From contig CAVQLN010000016.1 in NCBI GenBank assembly GCA_963713365.1, positions 2,636-66,635 of the forward strand: a DNA stretch of 64,000 nucleotides, written 5' to 3'. The notes under the pieces were generated by a model. That model saw only the letters and a list, made by a program, of their open reading frames with translations. It did not search any database and was not told the origin of the DNA. The position numbers were made by a program, and so were the translations under genes. Of this stretch, positions 41,862 to 52,223 are shown piece by piece. Position 1 is the first letter of the stretch. Each line of letters begins with the position of its first letter. Source of the stretch: an uncultured Planctomycetota bacterium (GTDB lineage Bacteria > Planctomycetota > Planctomycetia > Pirellulales > Lacipirellulaceae).

Positions 41862-42058
41862 TGTCTCACGCAAAGGCGCGAAGGCGCAAAGGCATTCAAC
41901 TTCGTTTGTCACGGACATACGATGATCGTTTCCAACAAGCTCTGCTCTCTGCTTCCTCCTGTTCAAAACAAAATGTTAACAGGAGGTAGCAGAGGAAGCA
42001 GAGATTCATCGACAGCGCGTTTGCTGTTTGCTTTGCGCTCGCGCCTTTGCGTGAGACA
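41862..42058. repeat. Composite nested heptamer-hairpin element (outer CGCAAAG flavour, inner CTCTGCT flavour)
   Basis: Outer arms TGTCTCACGCAAAGGCGCGAAGGCGCAAAGGCA (41862-41894) and TGCTTTGCGCTCGCGCCTTTGCGTGAGACA (42029-42058). Inner arms GCTCTGCTCTCTGCTTCCTCCTGTT (41939-41963) and AACAGGAGGTAGCAGAGGAAGCAGAG (41978-42003). Confidence 0.72.
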
Positions 42059-42074
42059 TATATCAAGGCGGTGA

Positions 42075-43644
42075 ATGATGCGGCGAGTTTCAATTTGCTT
42101 GCTCGTTTTTGCATTCTTTCTAGCAGGTTTCCATGTTGTTTCCGCCGAAACCGCTGCGCTCTGGAGTGATTTCGTGACGGCGAAACGGGAGGGCAGGGAG
42201 CCGGTGCTGCCGGACTTCTCTTTTGCCGGCTATCACTTTTCGGAGAAGCCGATTCCCGATGTTTCGCAGCGGCCGCGGTTTGACGTCACGCAATACGGAG
42301 CGACACCAAACGACGACACGTTCGATGATGATGGCATTCAGCGTGCAATTGAAACGGCCGAGGCCAGCCAGGGTGGCGTCGTGTTCTTTCCGCCGGGCCG
42401 ATTTCTCATCGCCGGCGACGACAACCGCCGCCGCTCGATTCGCATTTCCCAGAGCAACATCGTGCTCAAGGGCAGCGGCGCCGGCGAAGGCGGCAGCGAA
42501 ATATTCATGGACAAGATGCGTATCGGCCGGCGGCAGATTCGCTTCGGGCCACGGCGCACGACGGGCGACGAGCTGGCCACGATTACCAAAGACGCCCCGC
42601 GCGAAAGTTTTTGGGTCGAGGTGGATGATCCGACCGACCTAATCGTTGGCCAGAACGTTGTGATACGCCACCAGAGCGAGGAATTCACACGGCTGTATTT
42701 CGATCCGCTCCCGCTCGCGCGCGAGTGGCGACGTTTGTTCGGCCGGCGCGGCGGAATGAACATCGCCGAAATCCACACGATTGCCGAGATCGACGGCAAC
42801 CGCGTCCGCTTTGTGAACCCAATTCACTTCAACCTGCGCATCGTCGAGAGCGAACCGTTCACGCTCGAGCGTTACGAGAGCATCCGCGAGTGCGGCATCG
42901 AGGACATTCGCTTCACGGGCCACTGGGACTCCTTTCCCGAAGAGTTCGTCCATCACAAGAACGGCATTCACGACAGCGGTTGGGACGCCGTTTCGATGGA
43001 AAACGTCGAGGATAGCTGGATTCGCCGCTGCGAGTTCCGCAACTGGAACGAGTGCGTCTTCACCCGCAACGCATACAAGATGACGATCGAAGACGTCAAC
43101 GTTCACGGGCAAGAAGGGGCACACGTCGGTGCACGCCCGCGGCGGTTACGGAACGCTCATCAAGAATTGCCGCGACACGGCCGCCCATCATCACGGCCCC
43201 GGCGGTGGATATGGATCGGTGAACCTGGTGGTCACCAATTGCCAGATGCAAGTCGACCAGAACATCGACTTGCACTCGGGCCAGTCGTACGCATGCCTGT
43301 ACGACAATATCGAAGGCGGCATCTTCCGCAACCTGGGCGGCCCGCACCCGGGCCTGCCGCACGGCGGCCGAGACCTCGTGTTCTGGAATTTTCGGCACCG
43401 CTCGACGTTCGACTTCACCTACAACTTCTGGAACACCGACCAGCGGCGTAACCACACGTTCGCCGAACCGGTATTCGTCGGCTTCACGGCCGACCGCGAG
43501 ATCAAGTTCGAAAACGAAGGCCGGAACGAGCAGCCTGATGCGCAGGTCGAGCCGCGGTCATTGTTCGAGGCGCAACTGGGGCTGCGGTTACAAAAGCCGA
43601 GCGGCACGATCGATACGTCTGCTGCTGCAAGCACGGCGCGGTAG
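42075..43644 (+). CDS. Secreted right-handed beta-helix protein (pectate-lyase-3-type N-terminal domain, DUF4955-like), one frame change
   Basis: Signal peptide, then FDVTQYGATPNDDTFDDDGIQRAIETAEASQGGVVFFPPGRFLI. ORF 42075-43451 joins ORF 43129-43644 near 43120. Confidence 0.68.
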
Positions 43645-43756
43645 CCGCTTTTCGAAGTAGCCTACAATTCAAGTCTTGAATTTCAGCTTGATGGCAGCCC
43701 GCCGCGCCAGCAAGGATTCTGATAGCCCTTGCTCGCACCGCGGGCTGAATCTTGTT

Positions 43757-44599
43757 TCAGCGATCATGCTTTCCTTGCCAGCGGTCGCGCTCTTGAATCA
43801 GTTGGGCCACGACGCTCACCGCGATTTCGCCCGGCTGGTTCGTGCCGATGTCGAGGCCGATCGGGCAGTGGAAGTGCTGGCGGTCTGCTCGGCCGGGATG
43901 CCGGCGGCGGCGAGTTCCTTCAGCAGCACCGCCCGCTTCGCCTGGCTGCCGATGACGCCCAGGAATGGAAACTCGCGGCCCTGGCGGAAGATTTCCTCGA
44001 GAATCGGCCGATCGGTGGCGTGGCCCATCGTCATGCACACGACAAACGCGTCGGCCGGCAACTCGGCGACGAGCGTGCGCGGCTCGTCGCAGCGGATTTT
44101 TCGCAGCCGCGCGCGCTCGGCGATGCGGTCGAGCCATTCAGCGCGCGGATCGATGCACGTGACGTGGCAATCGAGCTGGCCGAGGCAATGCGACGACGGC
44201 AGCTCGCCACGTGGCCGGCGCCGAAGACGACGATCCGCCAGTCGCTGTGGTTGTACGTCTCGAAGAACAGCTTCACCGTGCCGCCGCAGGTCATGCCGAC
44301 GTCGCGCTTGAGATTCCACTCCACAGCAGGAGAGGGTGCGCGTGGGCGAGCGGGACCTCGCGACGTCTCCTGCTCCTGCACTTGCGCCGCAGCATGTCGC
44401 TGCGCGTGCTCGATCGCCTTGTGCTCGACGCGGCCGCCGCCGACCGTGCCGGTGACCAGGCCTTCGGCCGTCACGAGCATCTTGCTGCCGGCGTCCTGCG
44501 GCGTGCTGCCGACGGCCTCGACCATCGTCACGCAAACAAACGGCACGCCGCTTCGCGACAGCTCGGCCAGGCGTTCGACAAATCCGTGAGGGTGGGCAT
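43757..44599 (-). CDS. xdhC: XdhC-family molybdenum-cofactor insertion chaperone, at least three frame changes; start approximate
   Basis: VPFVCVTMVEAVGSTPQDAGSKMLV, RIVVFGAGHVA, LDCHVTCIDPR, VVCMTMGHATD and HCPIGLDIGTNQPGEIAVSVVAQL are spread over three frames. The probable ATG is at 44599. Confidence 0.72.
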
Positions 44600-44739
44600 G
44601 GAGCGAGTGAGCGTCGGCAGCAAGGAGCCGAGAGTCAATCGCGGAAGTATCGGCGTCGGCCACAAGGCCGAACTTAATTCGACGTTGAACACCATGATCG
44701 GCGTGGCCGCCGACGCTGACGGACTGCGCTGGCAGCTCG

Positions 44740-47063
44740 TCAAGCTGCGTCAGACACCGCAGAATCTCCTCGCCCGTGGCCGGCAATTGCAAATCGGTCG
44801 GCACGCCGGGCGCCACGTACGACAGCGCATTCTTCACCGCCGCCCACACGGCGATGCCAGCATCAGCGGCGGCTCGCCCACGGCCTTGCTGCGGTACACG
44901 TTTCGCACGTTGTCGTTGTTGTCGAACGTGGCCACGTTGAACACTTCCGGCACGTCGGTGATCGCCGGGATCTTGTACGTCGTCGGCGAGTGGGACAGCA
45001 GGTCGCCGCGCGCGTCGTAGACGAGCGCCTCGGTCGTCACCCAGCCCATGCCTTGAATGAACCCGCCGATGATCTGGCCGCGGTCGACGCCCGGGTTGAT
45101 CGACCGGCCGATGTCGATCAGCAGATCGACGCGCGGGACGCGCAGCTCGCCGGTGAAGCGGTCGATCGAGCACCTCGGCGACGGCGGCGCCTTGCGTGTA
45201 GTAGAGGAACGGCGTGCCCTGGCCCGGTCTCGCGGTTGAAGTCGACGCCGGGCGTGGCGTAGAAACCGCGCGCGCCGAGGTCGACGCCGCTCGCGGCGGG
45301 CCTCGGCACAGAGCTGGCCGAACGGAATCTGCACATCCGGCCGCCGACTGTCGAACACGTGGCCATCGCGGAAACTGAATGTGCGCACTGCGAAGCCGTC
45401 GATGCCCGGCCGGCAGCATCGGCGAGTCGCGCGGCCGCGAACCGCCGCAGCCGCCGCTTGATGGCCCGGCAGGCTCGCACGGCCGCGGCGCCGTTCAGGT
45501 CCGTGCTGGCCGACGCGGCCGTGGGCGACGTGTTGTTGTTCTTCTCCGTGCTGGTCGGCATCAGCACCACGCGGTCGACGTCGAGCCCAAACTCGTCGGC
45601 CACGAGCTGGCGAATTTTCACGTTGACGCCCTGGCCCATCTCCGTGGCGCCGGTCGAAACTTGAACCGTGCCGTCCGTGTAGATGTTCACCAGCGCGTTG
45701 CCCTGGTTCAGAAACTTCGTCGTGAACGAGATGCCGAACTTCACGCCGGTCATCGCCAGCCCGCGAACGTGCGTGCGCGACGTGTCGTTGAATCGGGCCA
45801 CTTCCTCGCGGCGCTTGCGGTACTGCGATTGAGCGGCCGAGCGTGGCGAAAATCTCCGGCAGATGATTGTTGTCGAACAGTTGGCCGTACGGCGTGACAG
45901 TTCTCGCTCGCCGACGCCGTAGAAGTTCCGCATCCGCACGTCGAACGCGTCGATGCCCAGATGCTGGGCGATCGATTCCAGGATGTTCTCGATCACCGCC
46001 ATCGCCTGCGGCCCGCCGAAGCCGCGAAACGCCGTGTTCGACGGCAGGTTCGTGAAGCACACCTGGCCGGTCAGCTCGACGTTGCGGCAGGTAGTAGCAG
46101 TTGTCGGTGTGCAGCAGCGATGCGCTCCAGCACGGCCAGCGACAAGTCGGTCGACGCGCCGCCGTTGGAATAAAACGCCGACGCGCAGCGCCTGAATGCG
46201 GCCGTCGTCGTCGAAGCCGACTTCCCACTCGCTGCGGTAAGCGTGCCGCTTGCCGGTGATCGCGCATGTCGTCGTCTTTGTTGTAGATGACGCGGGCCGG
46301 CCGGCCGGTCTTGTGCGCCACGAGCGCGGCCATCATCGCCGGGATCGCGGCCTGCGATTCCTTGCCGCCGAACGCGCCGCCCATCCGCTTGCAAATGCAC
46401 ACGACCTCGTGCTGCCCGACGCCCAGCATCTCGGCCACGACGCGCTTGGATCTCGGTGGGGTTCTGCGTCGACGAGTGCACGACCATCTGCCCCTGCTCG
46501 CCCGGATAGGCGATCGCCGCCTGCGACTCCAGATAAAACTGCTCCTGCCCGCCGCTCGTGAACACGCCGCTGAGCCGATGCGCCGCGACTGACAGATTCG
46601 CATCCACGTCGCCGCGGGCGATACGCCGTCGCGGCCCCAGAAACTTCTGCCGGCGGATCGACTCGGTCAAATCCAGAAGCGGCTCGGCCTGCTGGCAATC
46701 AATCCGCACGGCCTTGCGGCCTTTCGCCAACGCTGCTGGACTCGTCGGCCGCGACCACCGCGACCGGCTGACCGAAATACAACAACTCGCCATCGGCCAG
46801 AAACGGCTCGTCCGCCACGACCAGCCCGAACAGGTTGTGCCCCGGCACATCGGCCGCCGTGTAGCAACGCGACGACGCCCGGCACCGCGAGCGCGGCGCT
46901 CGTATCATACGCTCATGCAGCTGGCCCGCGGCCACCGGGCTGCCGACAAAGCCGACGCACAGCTCGCCGGCCATCGGGCGCAGATCGTCGATGATACGGC
47001 GCCTGGCCCGTCACATGGCCGACGCGCCGAATCATGCGGCAGCGGTTTTCCAACACTGGGCAT
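44740..47063 (-). CDS. xdhB: Xanthine dehydrogenase molybdopterin-binding subunit, at least six frame changes; 3' end approximate
   Basis: ATG 47063 opens MPSVGKPLPHDSA. Fragments 46699-46974, 46071-50, 45118-46062 and 44834-46603 carry RMGGAFGGKESQA, NTAFRGFGGPQ, STGATEMGQGVN and AVGEPPLML. Confidence 0.82.
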
Positions 47064-47098
47064 CAGATCGCTCGCTTAACGATCCAACTTTTTGTGTT

Positions 47099-47239
47099 GC
47101 CACAGAGAACACAGAGAGCACAGAGACTGATAGATGAAGGATGTAAGATAGGAGATAAAGATCATACGAGCTGTTCTTCTTCAATCGTATCTCTTATCTT
47201 TCATCCTCATGGCTCTGTGTTCTCTGTGTCCTCTGTGGC
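47099..47239. repeat. Nested heptamer-hairpin element (outer CACAGAG flavour, inner GATNNNN flavour) in the xdhA-xdhB intercistronic gap
   Basis: Outer arms GCCACAGAGAACACAGAGAGCACAGAG (47099-47125) and CTCTGTGTTCTCTGTGTCCTCTGTGGC (47213-47239). Inner arms GATGAAG GATGTAA GATAGGA GATAAAG (47133-47160) and TCGTATC TCTTATC TTTCATC (47185-47205). Confidence 0.75.
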
Positions 47240-48709
47240 TAAATCCGAAGCGTTTTACGCAGGACGGCAATGGTTTGGCATTCATGATAAAACTTCAGCA
47301 AAATGTTCCGCGTCAACTGATAGCGGTAATCGGCCGCGCCGCGGACGTCGCTGATGGGCGAGATTTCGTCAACCGCCACGTCGCCGGCGGCGCATGGTTT
47401 CTTCATCGAGCGGCCGGCCGCGCAGGAACGCTTCGGTCTCTGCGCGCGGATCACCGTCGGCCCCACGGCGCCGAAGGCGATCGCAGCCTCGTCGATCGTT
47501 TCGCCATCAAGCCGCAGCCGAATCGCCGCCGTGAAGCTGGCGATATCCAGGTCGCGCCGGCGCGACACCTTGTACAGCCGCAGCATCTCGTCGGCCGAGG
47601 CAGCGGAACACGAACGCGCGATGATCAATTCGCCCGGCCGCAGATCGAGTTGCTTGTAGCCTTTGTAGAAACTTGTAACAGGCACACTCCGTGTGCCGTC
47701 CGCACTGGCGAGTTCCAGCGTCGCGTCCATCACGTAAGAAACGGCAATGAGTCGGCGATCGGCGAAGCGTTGGCGATGTTGCCGCCGATGGTGCCGACGT
47801 GCCGAATTTGCGGCGCGCCGAAGATCGCAACGATCTTGTGGAACTCCGGTACCAGCTGCTTGGCAGGCTGCTCGATGGCCGTCCACGATGCCCGCGCGCC
47901 AAGCACTAAAACGCCGTCGTCGATCGCGACACTGGTCCAACTCGTCGACGCGGTTCAGATCGAGTATTTTCGCGGGCACGGTAAGCGTTTTATTGATTCG
48001 CACGCCGATGTCGGTGGCCCCGGCGACGATCGTGGCATCCGGATGCGCTTGCAAGTACTGCAGGGCCGACTGCCAGATCCGGCGGCGACGGCGAACAGAT
48101 GCTCTTCGCCGCCCCACTCCGTCTGGATTTCGATTGGCTGGCTGCGTCGACCTGCAAATTCAGCAAGCATCGGCGCCGCTCGGATACAACTGCCTCGATT
48201 CGCTCATGTCGGGTCAGATCGACCTGCCGGCCCGCCTCCAGAATCGGCGTGTAACCGGTGCAGCGGCACAGGTTTCCGGTGAGGCCGCAGCGCATTTGGG
48301 CTTCATCGAGCGCGGCGTCGCTCTTCTTCCAAGCAGTCCCGTCATGGCGACGACAAATCCGGGCGTGCAGAAGCCGCACTGCGAGCCGTGGCATTCGATC
48401 ATCGCCTGTTGGACCGCGCTCGTGGCCGCCTCGTCGCCCAAGCCTTCGATGGTGACGATGTGCGTGCCTTCGAGTTGAAACATGAACTGGATGCACGAAT
48501 CGACGGGCCGATAAACGAGCCGGCCATTGTCTTTTGCCGGTCGGCCGATGAGCACGCTGCACGCGCCGCAGTCGCCTTCGCTGCAGACGATCTTCGTGCC
48601 GACAAGCCCCTGCACACGTCGCAGATAGTCCGACAGCGACAGAAACGCGTCGCGCCCCTCGGACTTCGTGTCGCCGGCCGTTCACGAAGAGCAGCACATC
48701 GTCGAACAT
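47239..48709 (-). CDS. xdhA: Xanthine dehydrogenase small subunit ([2Fe-2S] plus FAD-binding domains), several frame changes
   Basis: ATG 48709 opens MFDDVLLFVNGRRHEV. Further motifs: CSEGDCGACSVLIG, CHGSQCGFCTPGFV, GNLCRCTGYTPI, ATIVAGATDIGV and ISDVRGAADYR. Arg-rich stretches inside ORF 47239-48117 indicate compensating shifts. Confidence 0.82.
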
Positions 48710-48917
48710 GGGCAAATTGCCTTGTCGTGGCGGCGAAGGACAACGGAAAAGTTCCGCACGCAAGCAGCATGCGGTCATTCAGTCGCACAAACCGATTAGA
48801 TCAATCATACATTATCCCTTGCCCTGCCACTTTCGGTCAAGAAAATGCACTATCGCGATTGAAACGGAACCGCGACAGCATCTCGAATCTTCGCCATGAC
48901 ATTGCAATAAAACTTAA

Positions 48918-49730
48918 ATGAACAGCTCGGAAGGCGAACTCAACACTGCAGACCTTTTGGCCGACGCGCAGTCAGTTCGCGCCGGCGTGTGTGGGTTTTG
49001 CCTGCCGCAGGCCGAGCTATTTCGCCGCTTCCGTTTGCTCGAAGTGCAGCAGACGTTTTACTGGCCGCCGCAGCTGAAAACCGTCGAGCGCTGGCGTCGA
49101 ACGGCGCCCGACGATTTCGAATTCACGCTGAAGGCATTTCAGGCAATCACGCATCCCAGCACGAGCCCAACCTATCGTCGCACGAAGTTCTCGGCCGACG
49201 AGCGAGCGCAGTGCGGCGGCTTCTGCGATAAGCAAGTCGTTCGCGAGGCCTGGCGGCTCACGTTGACATTGGCCGACGCATTGGAAGCCACGTTCGTGGT
49301 TTTTCAATGTCCGCCAAAGTTCGACGCCTCGGAGGAAAACGTCGGCCGGTTGCGCCGCTTTTTTCAATGGGCCGATCGACACCGGCTGCGGTTTGCCTGG
49401 GAGCCGCGGCATGCCACGTGGACGCGCGATCTGGTGCGCGACCTATGCCACGAGTTGGATTTGATCCATGTAGTCGATCCGCTGGAACATGATGATGTCT
49501 ACGGCAGTCCGCGATATCTTCGTCTACACGGAAAAGCGCTCGGCGGATTCCGCTACGATTACGGTCGAGTGTATTCCGACGAGGAGCTGGTGGCAATTTT
49601 CGCGCGCTGCCAGCCGGGCCCCACCTATTGTCTGTTCAACAACAAGCAGATGGCCACCGATACGGAGCGGTTTCTGTCGCTCTCTCAATCGACGAGTGGC
49701 CAGTGCGAATCGGTAACTAAGCCCCGCTAA
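48918..49730 (+). CDS. DUF72-domain protein
   Basis: Intact 270-aa ORF with family-like segments LLEVQQTFYWPP, FEFTLKAFQAITH, VVFQCPPKF and YLRLHG. Confidence 0.8.
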   Translation: MNSSEGELNTADLLADAQSVRAGVCGFCLPQAELFRRFRLLEVQQTFYWPPQLKTVERWRRTAPDDFEFTLKAFQAITHPSTSPTYRRTKFSADERAQCGGFCDKQVVREAWRLTLTLADALEATFVVFQCPPKFDASEENVGRLRRFFQWADRHRLRFAWEPRHATWTRDLVRDLCHELDLIHVVDPLEHDDVYGSPRYLRLHGKALGGFRYDYGRVYSDEELVAIFARCQPGPTYCLFNNKQMATDTERFLSLSQSTSGQCESVTKPR

Positions 49731-51214
49731 GACTCTTGAAACGCTCGTACGCCTCGTGCCAGCGGTCGCCGTCTACTGGCGTGTATTCCGCCGGCTCGAA
49801 GGAGCGCGCGACAATCCGGCGCAGCTCAGCCAGGCTGCCAACCTCGCGAGCAGCCAGCGCTTGCACCAGCGCATTGCCGCTCGCGGTTGCTTCGTAAGGC
49901 CCAACAACCACTCGCCGGCCGGTCGCGTCGGCGGTCATTTGAGAGAGCAGCGTGTTTTTGCCGCCGCCACCGACGACATGGATCACGTCGAAGCGGCGCC
50001 TGAGAATTGCTTCCAGCGTTTCGAGCTTTTCGCGGTAGGCTAGCGCCAAGCTTTCCAGGCACGAGCGTACGAATTGTCCCGGCGATTCGGGTGCCGGCTG
50101 CCCGGTCGCTCGTGCATACTCGGAAATTTTTTGCGGCATGTTGCCCGGCGATTGAAATGCCTGGTGCGCCGGATCGACGAGTGTGCGAAAAGCCGGCGCA
50201 CCTTCGGCAAGATGCGTGAGCTTGGCGTAGTCCAACTCCTGGCCCTGCCGGGTGAACTCGCGCCGGCATTCCTGCACGAGCCACAAACCTGGGATGTTCT
50301 TCAAAAAGCGAAAAGTGTTCGCGACGCCGCGTTCGTTGGTGAACGACGCCGCTTGGGCCGCCGGCGTGACGCAAGGCGAGTCGATCTCAGCGCCCAAAAG
50401 CGACCAGGTGCCGCTGGAAAGATAACACCAATTCGCGCTATCGGCCGCAGGCACCGCCGCAACGGCGCTCGCCGTGTCGTGCGATGCCGGCGCGACGACT
50501 GCGCATTCCGGCGGGCAGTCCAGTATCTTCCGCCAGCGCTTTTCGCAGCCGGCCAATATCGGCACCCGGTGCAGTCGTTGGACTAAGCGCAGGCGCCGGC
50601 AAACCGAGTTCGGTCAGCATTTCCCGAGCCCAATCCCCCATGTGACAGTCGACCATCTGGCTGGTCGAGGCGATGGTGGCTTCAATCGTACGCTGGCCGC
50701 TGAGCCAGAAGTGGAACAAATCCGGCATGAACAGCAGTTGGCCGTTTGCCACCGCATCCGGGTCAGCCAACTTGTGCGCGTAGAGCGAATACAGTGTGTT
50801 GAGCGCCATGAACTGAATGCCGGTCGTCTGGTAAATTCGTTCCCGGCCGAGCTTGGCGATGACTTCCTCATACGCTGCCGTATTTCGCGGGTCGCGGTAA
50901 GCGTGCGGCAATCCGACCAGCTCTCCGGTCTGATCGACGAGGGCCCAATCGACGCCCCACGTATCGACGCCGACCGAAACTGGTTCAACGCCGTTTGTCT
51001 TTGTCCACGCCGCGGCGCGCCGCAGGCCGGCCACGATCTCGCGCCAGATGCCCGTGATGTCCCAGTGCAAGCCCGTCGGCAACCAGACCGGCTCGTGATT
51101 GAACCGATGCACCTCTTCCAACCGCAACCGGCCGTCGGCCAGCACGCCGACGATCACGCGGCCCGACTCGGCGCCCAGATCGATCGCAATGTAACCTCGA
51201 CTCATGCCGGACAT
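49717..51214 (-). CDS. rhaB: Rhamnulokinase (FGGY carbohydrate kinase family), one frame change
   Basis: YIAIDLGAESGRVIVG..LEEVHRFNHEPV..LHWDI, then VVAPASHDTASAVAAVPA..YLSSGTWSLLGAE and VVGGGGKNTLLSQMTADATG. The join is near 50510. Confidence 0.82.
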
Positions 51215-51394
51215 GGTATTGCGCCGACGGCGTGGCAAGCAACGTTCACGAATTGTAAAAAAAGCCACGGGATTGTAGCCCGCAGCGCAAGCAAGGGAAT
51301 AAACCGAAAGCCCTTGCTTGCGTTTCAGGCTGCGATCCATTCAATGGCTTGCGTCGCAGCGCACTGGTGCGGAGACTAACGAGAGAAGGACTAA

Positions 51395-52223
51395 ATGGCA
51401 AAAATGCGCATCGGCCTGTTCATCCCCTGCTACATCGACCAGTTCTATCCACACGTTGGATTGGCAACGGTCGAGGTGCTGGAGCGCTTCGGCGTTGAGG
51501 TCGATTTTCCCGAGGCACAAACCTGTTGCGGCCAGCCGATGGCGAACGCCGGCCTGCACAGCGACGCCCGTCCGCTCGCCGAGCGGTTCCTGCGCATCTT
51601 TGCCCCGTATGATTACGTCGTGGCCCCGTCGGGTAGCTGCGTCGCCATGGTTCGCCATCATTACCACGAGGTACTCGGCCACAGCGAAGAGCTACACGCT
51701 GTGTCCCAGAAAACCTTCGAGCTGTGCGAGTTCCTGATCGATGTGCTCCAGGTCGACCGGTCTGCCGGGCCGTTTTCCGCACCGCGTTGGCCTGCATCAA
51801 AGCTGCCACGCCGTGCGCGAGCTGCGCACATCCGCCGGCAGCGAGCGCGTGGGCCCGGCGTTCAACAAACCGGCGCAGCTACTGGCGTCGCTCGACGGCA
51901 TCGAAATCACCGAGCTGCTCCGGCCGGACGAATGCTGTGGCTTCGGCGGCCTGTTTTCCGTGACTGAAGAAGCGGTATCCTGCATGATGGGACAGGACCG
52001 CATTGCCGACCACGAGAGAGGCCGCACCGAAGTGCTAACATCGACCGACATGTCGTGCCTGATGCACCTGGAAGGCCTGATCCGCCGGCAGCAGAAGCCA
52101 ATCCGCGTGATGCACATCGCCGAGGTGTTTGCCGCGGCCCAACTCGCAGTTGAGCCCAACGACGGACTGGTCGCTTCAGCGACCAGTTTAAAACACGAAT
52201 CGACTCGCCCACGCAGCCAATGA
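51395..52223 (+). CDS. lutA: Lactate utilization protein A ((Fe-S)-binding CCG-domain oxidoreductase), one frame change
   Basis: MRIGLFIPCYIDQFYPHVGLATVEVLERFGVEVDFPEAQTCCGQP, then HQSCHAVRELR..DECCGFGG. The join is near 51765. The stop overlaps the lutB ATG. Confidence 0.85.

Noticed and set aside
44031-45419. 462-aa minus-strand ORF that looks like one long gene
   Set aside because: It is a chimera. It reads wrong-frame xdhB sequence (Arg/Pro-rich), then in-frame xdhB tail and xdhC N-terminus, then wrong-frame xdhC. It stays open only because stops are rare at this GC content.
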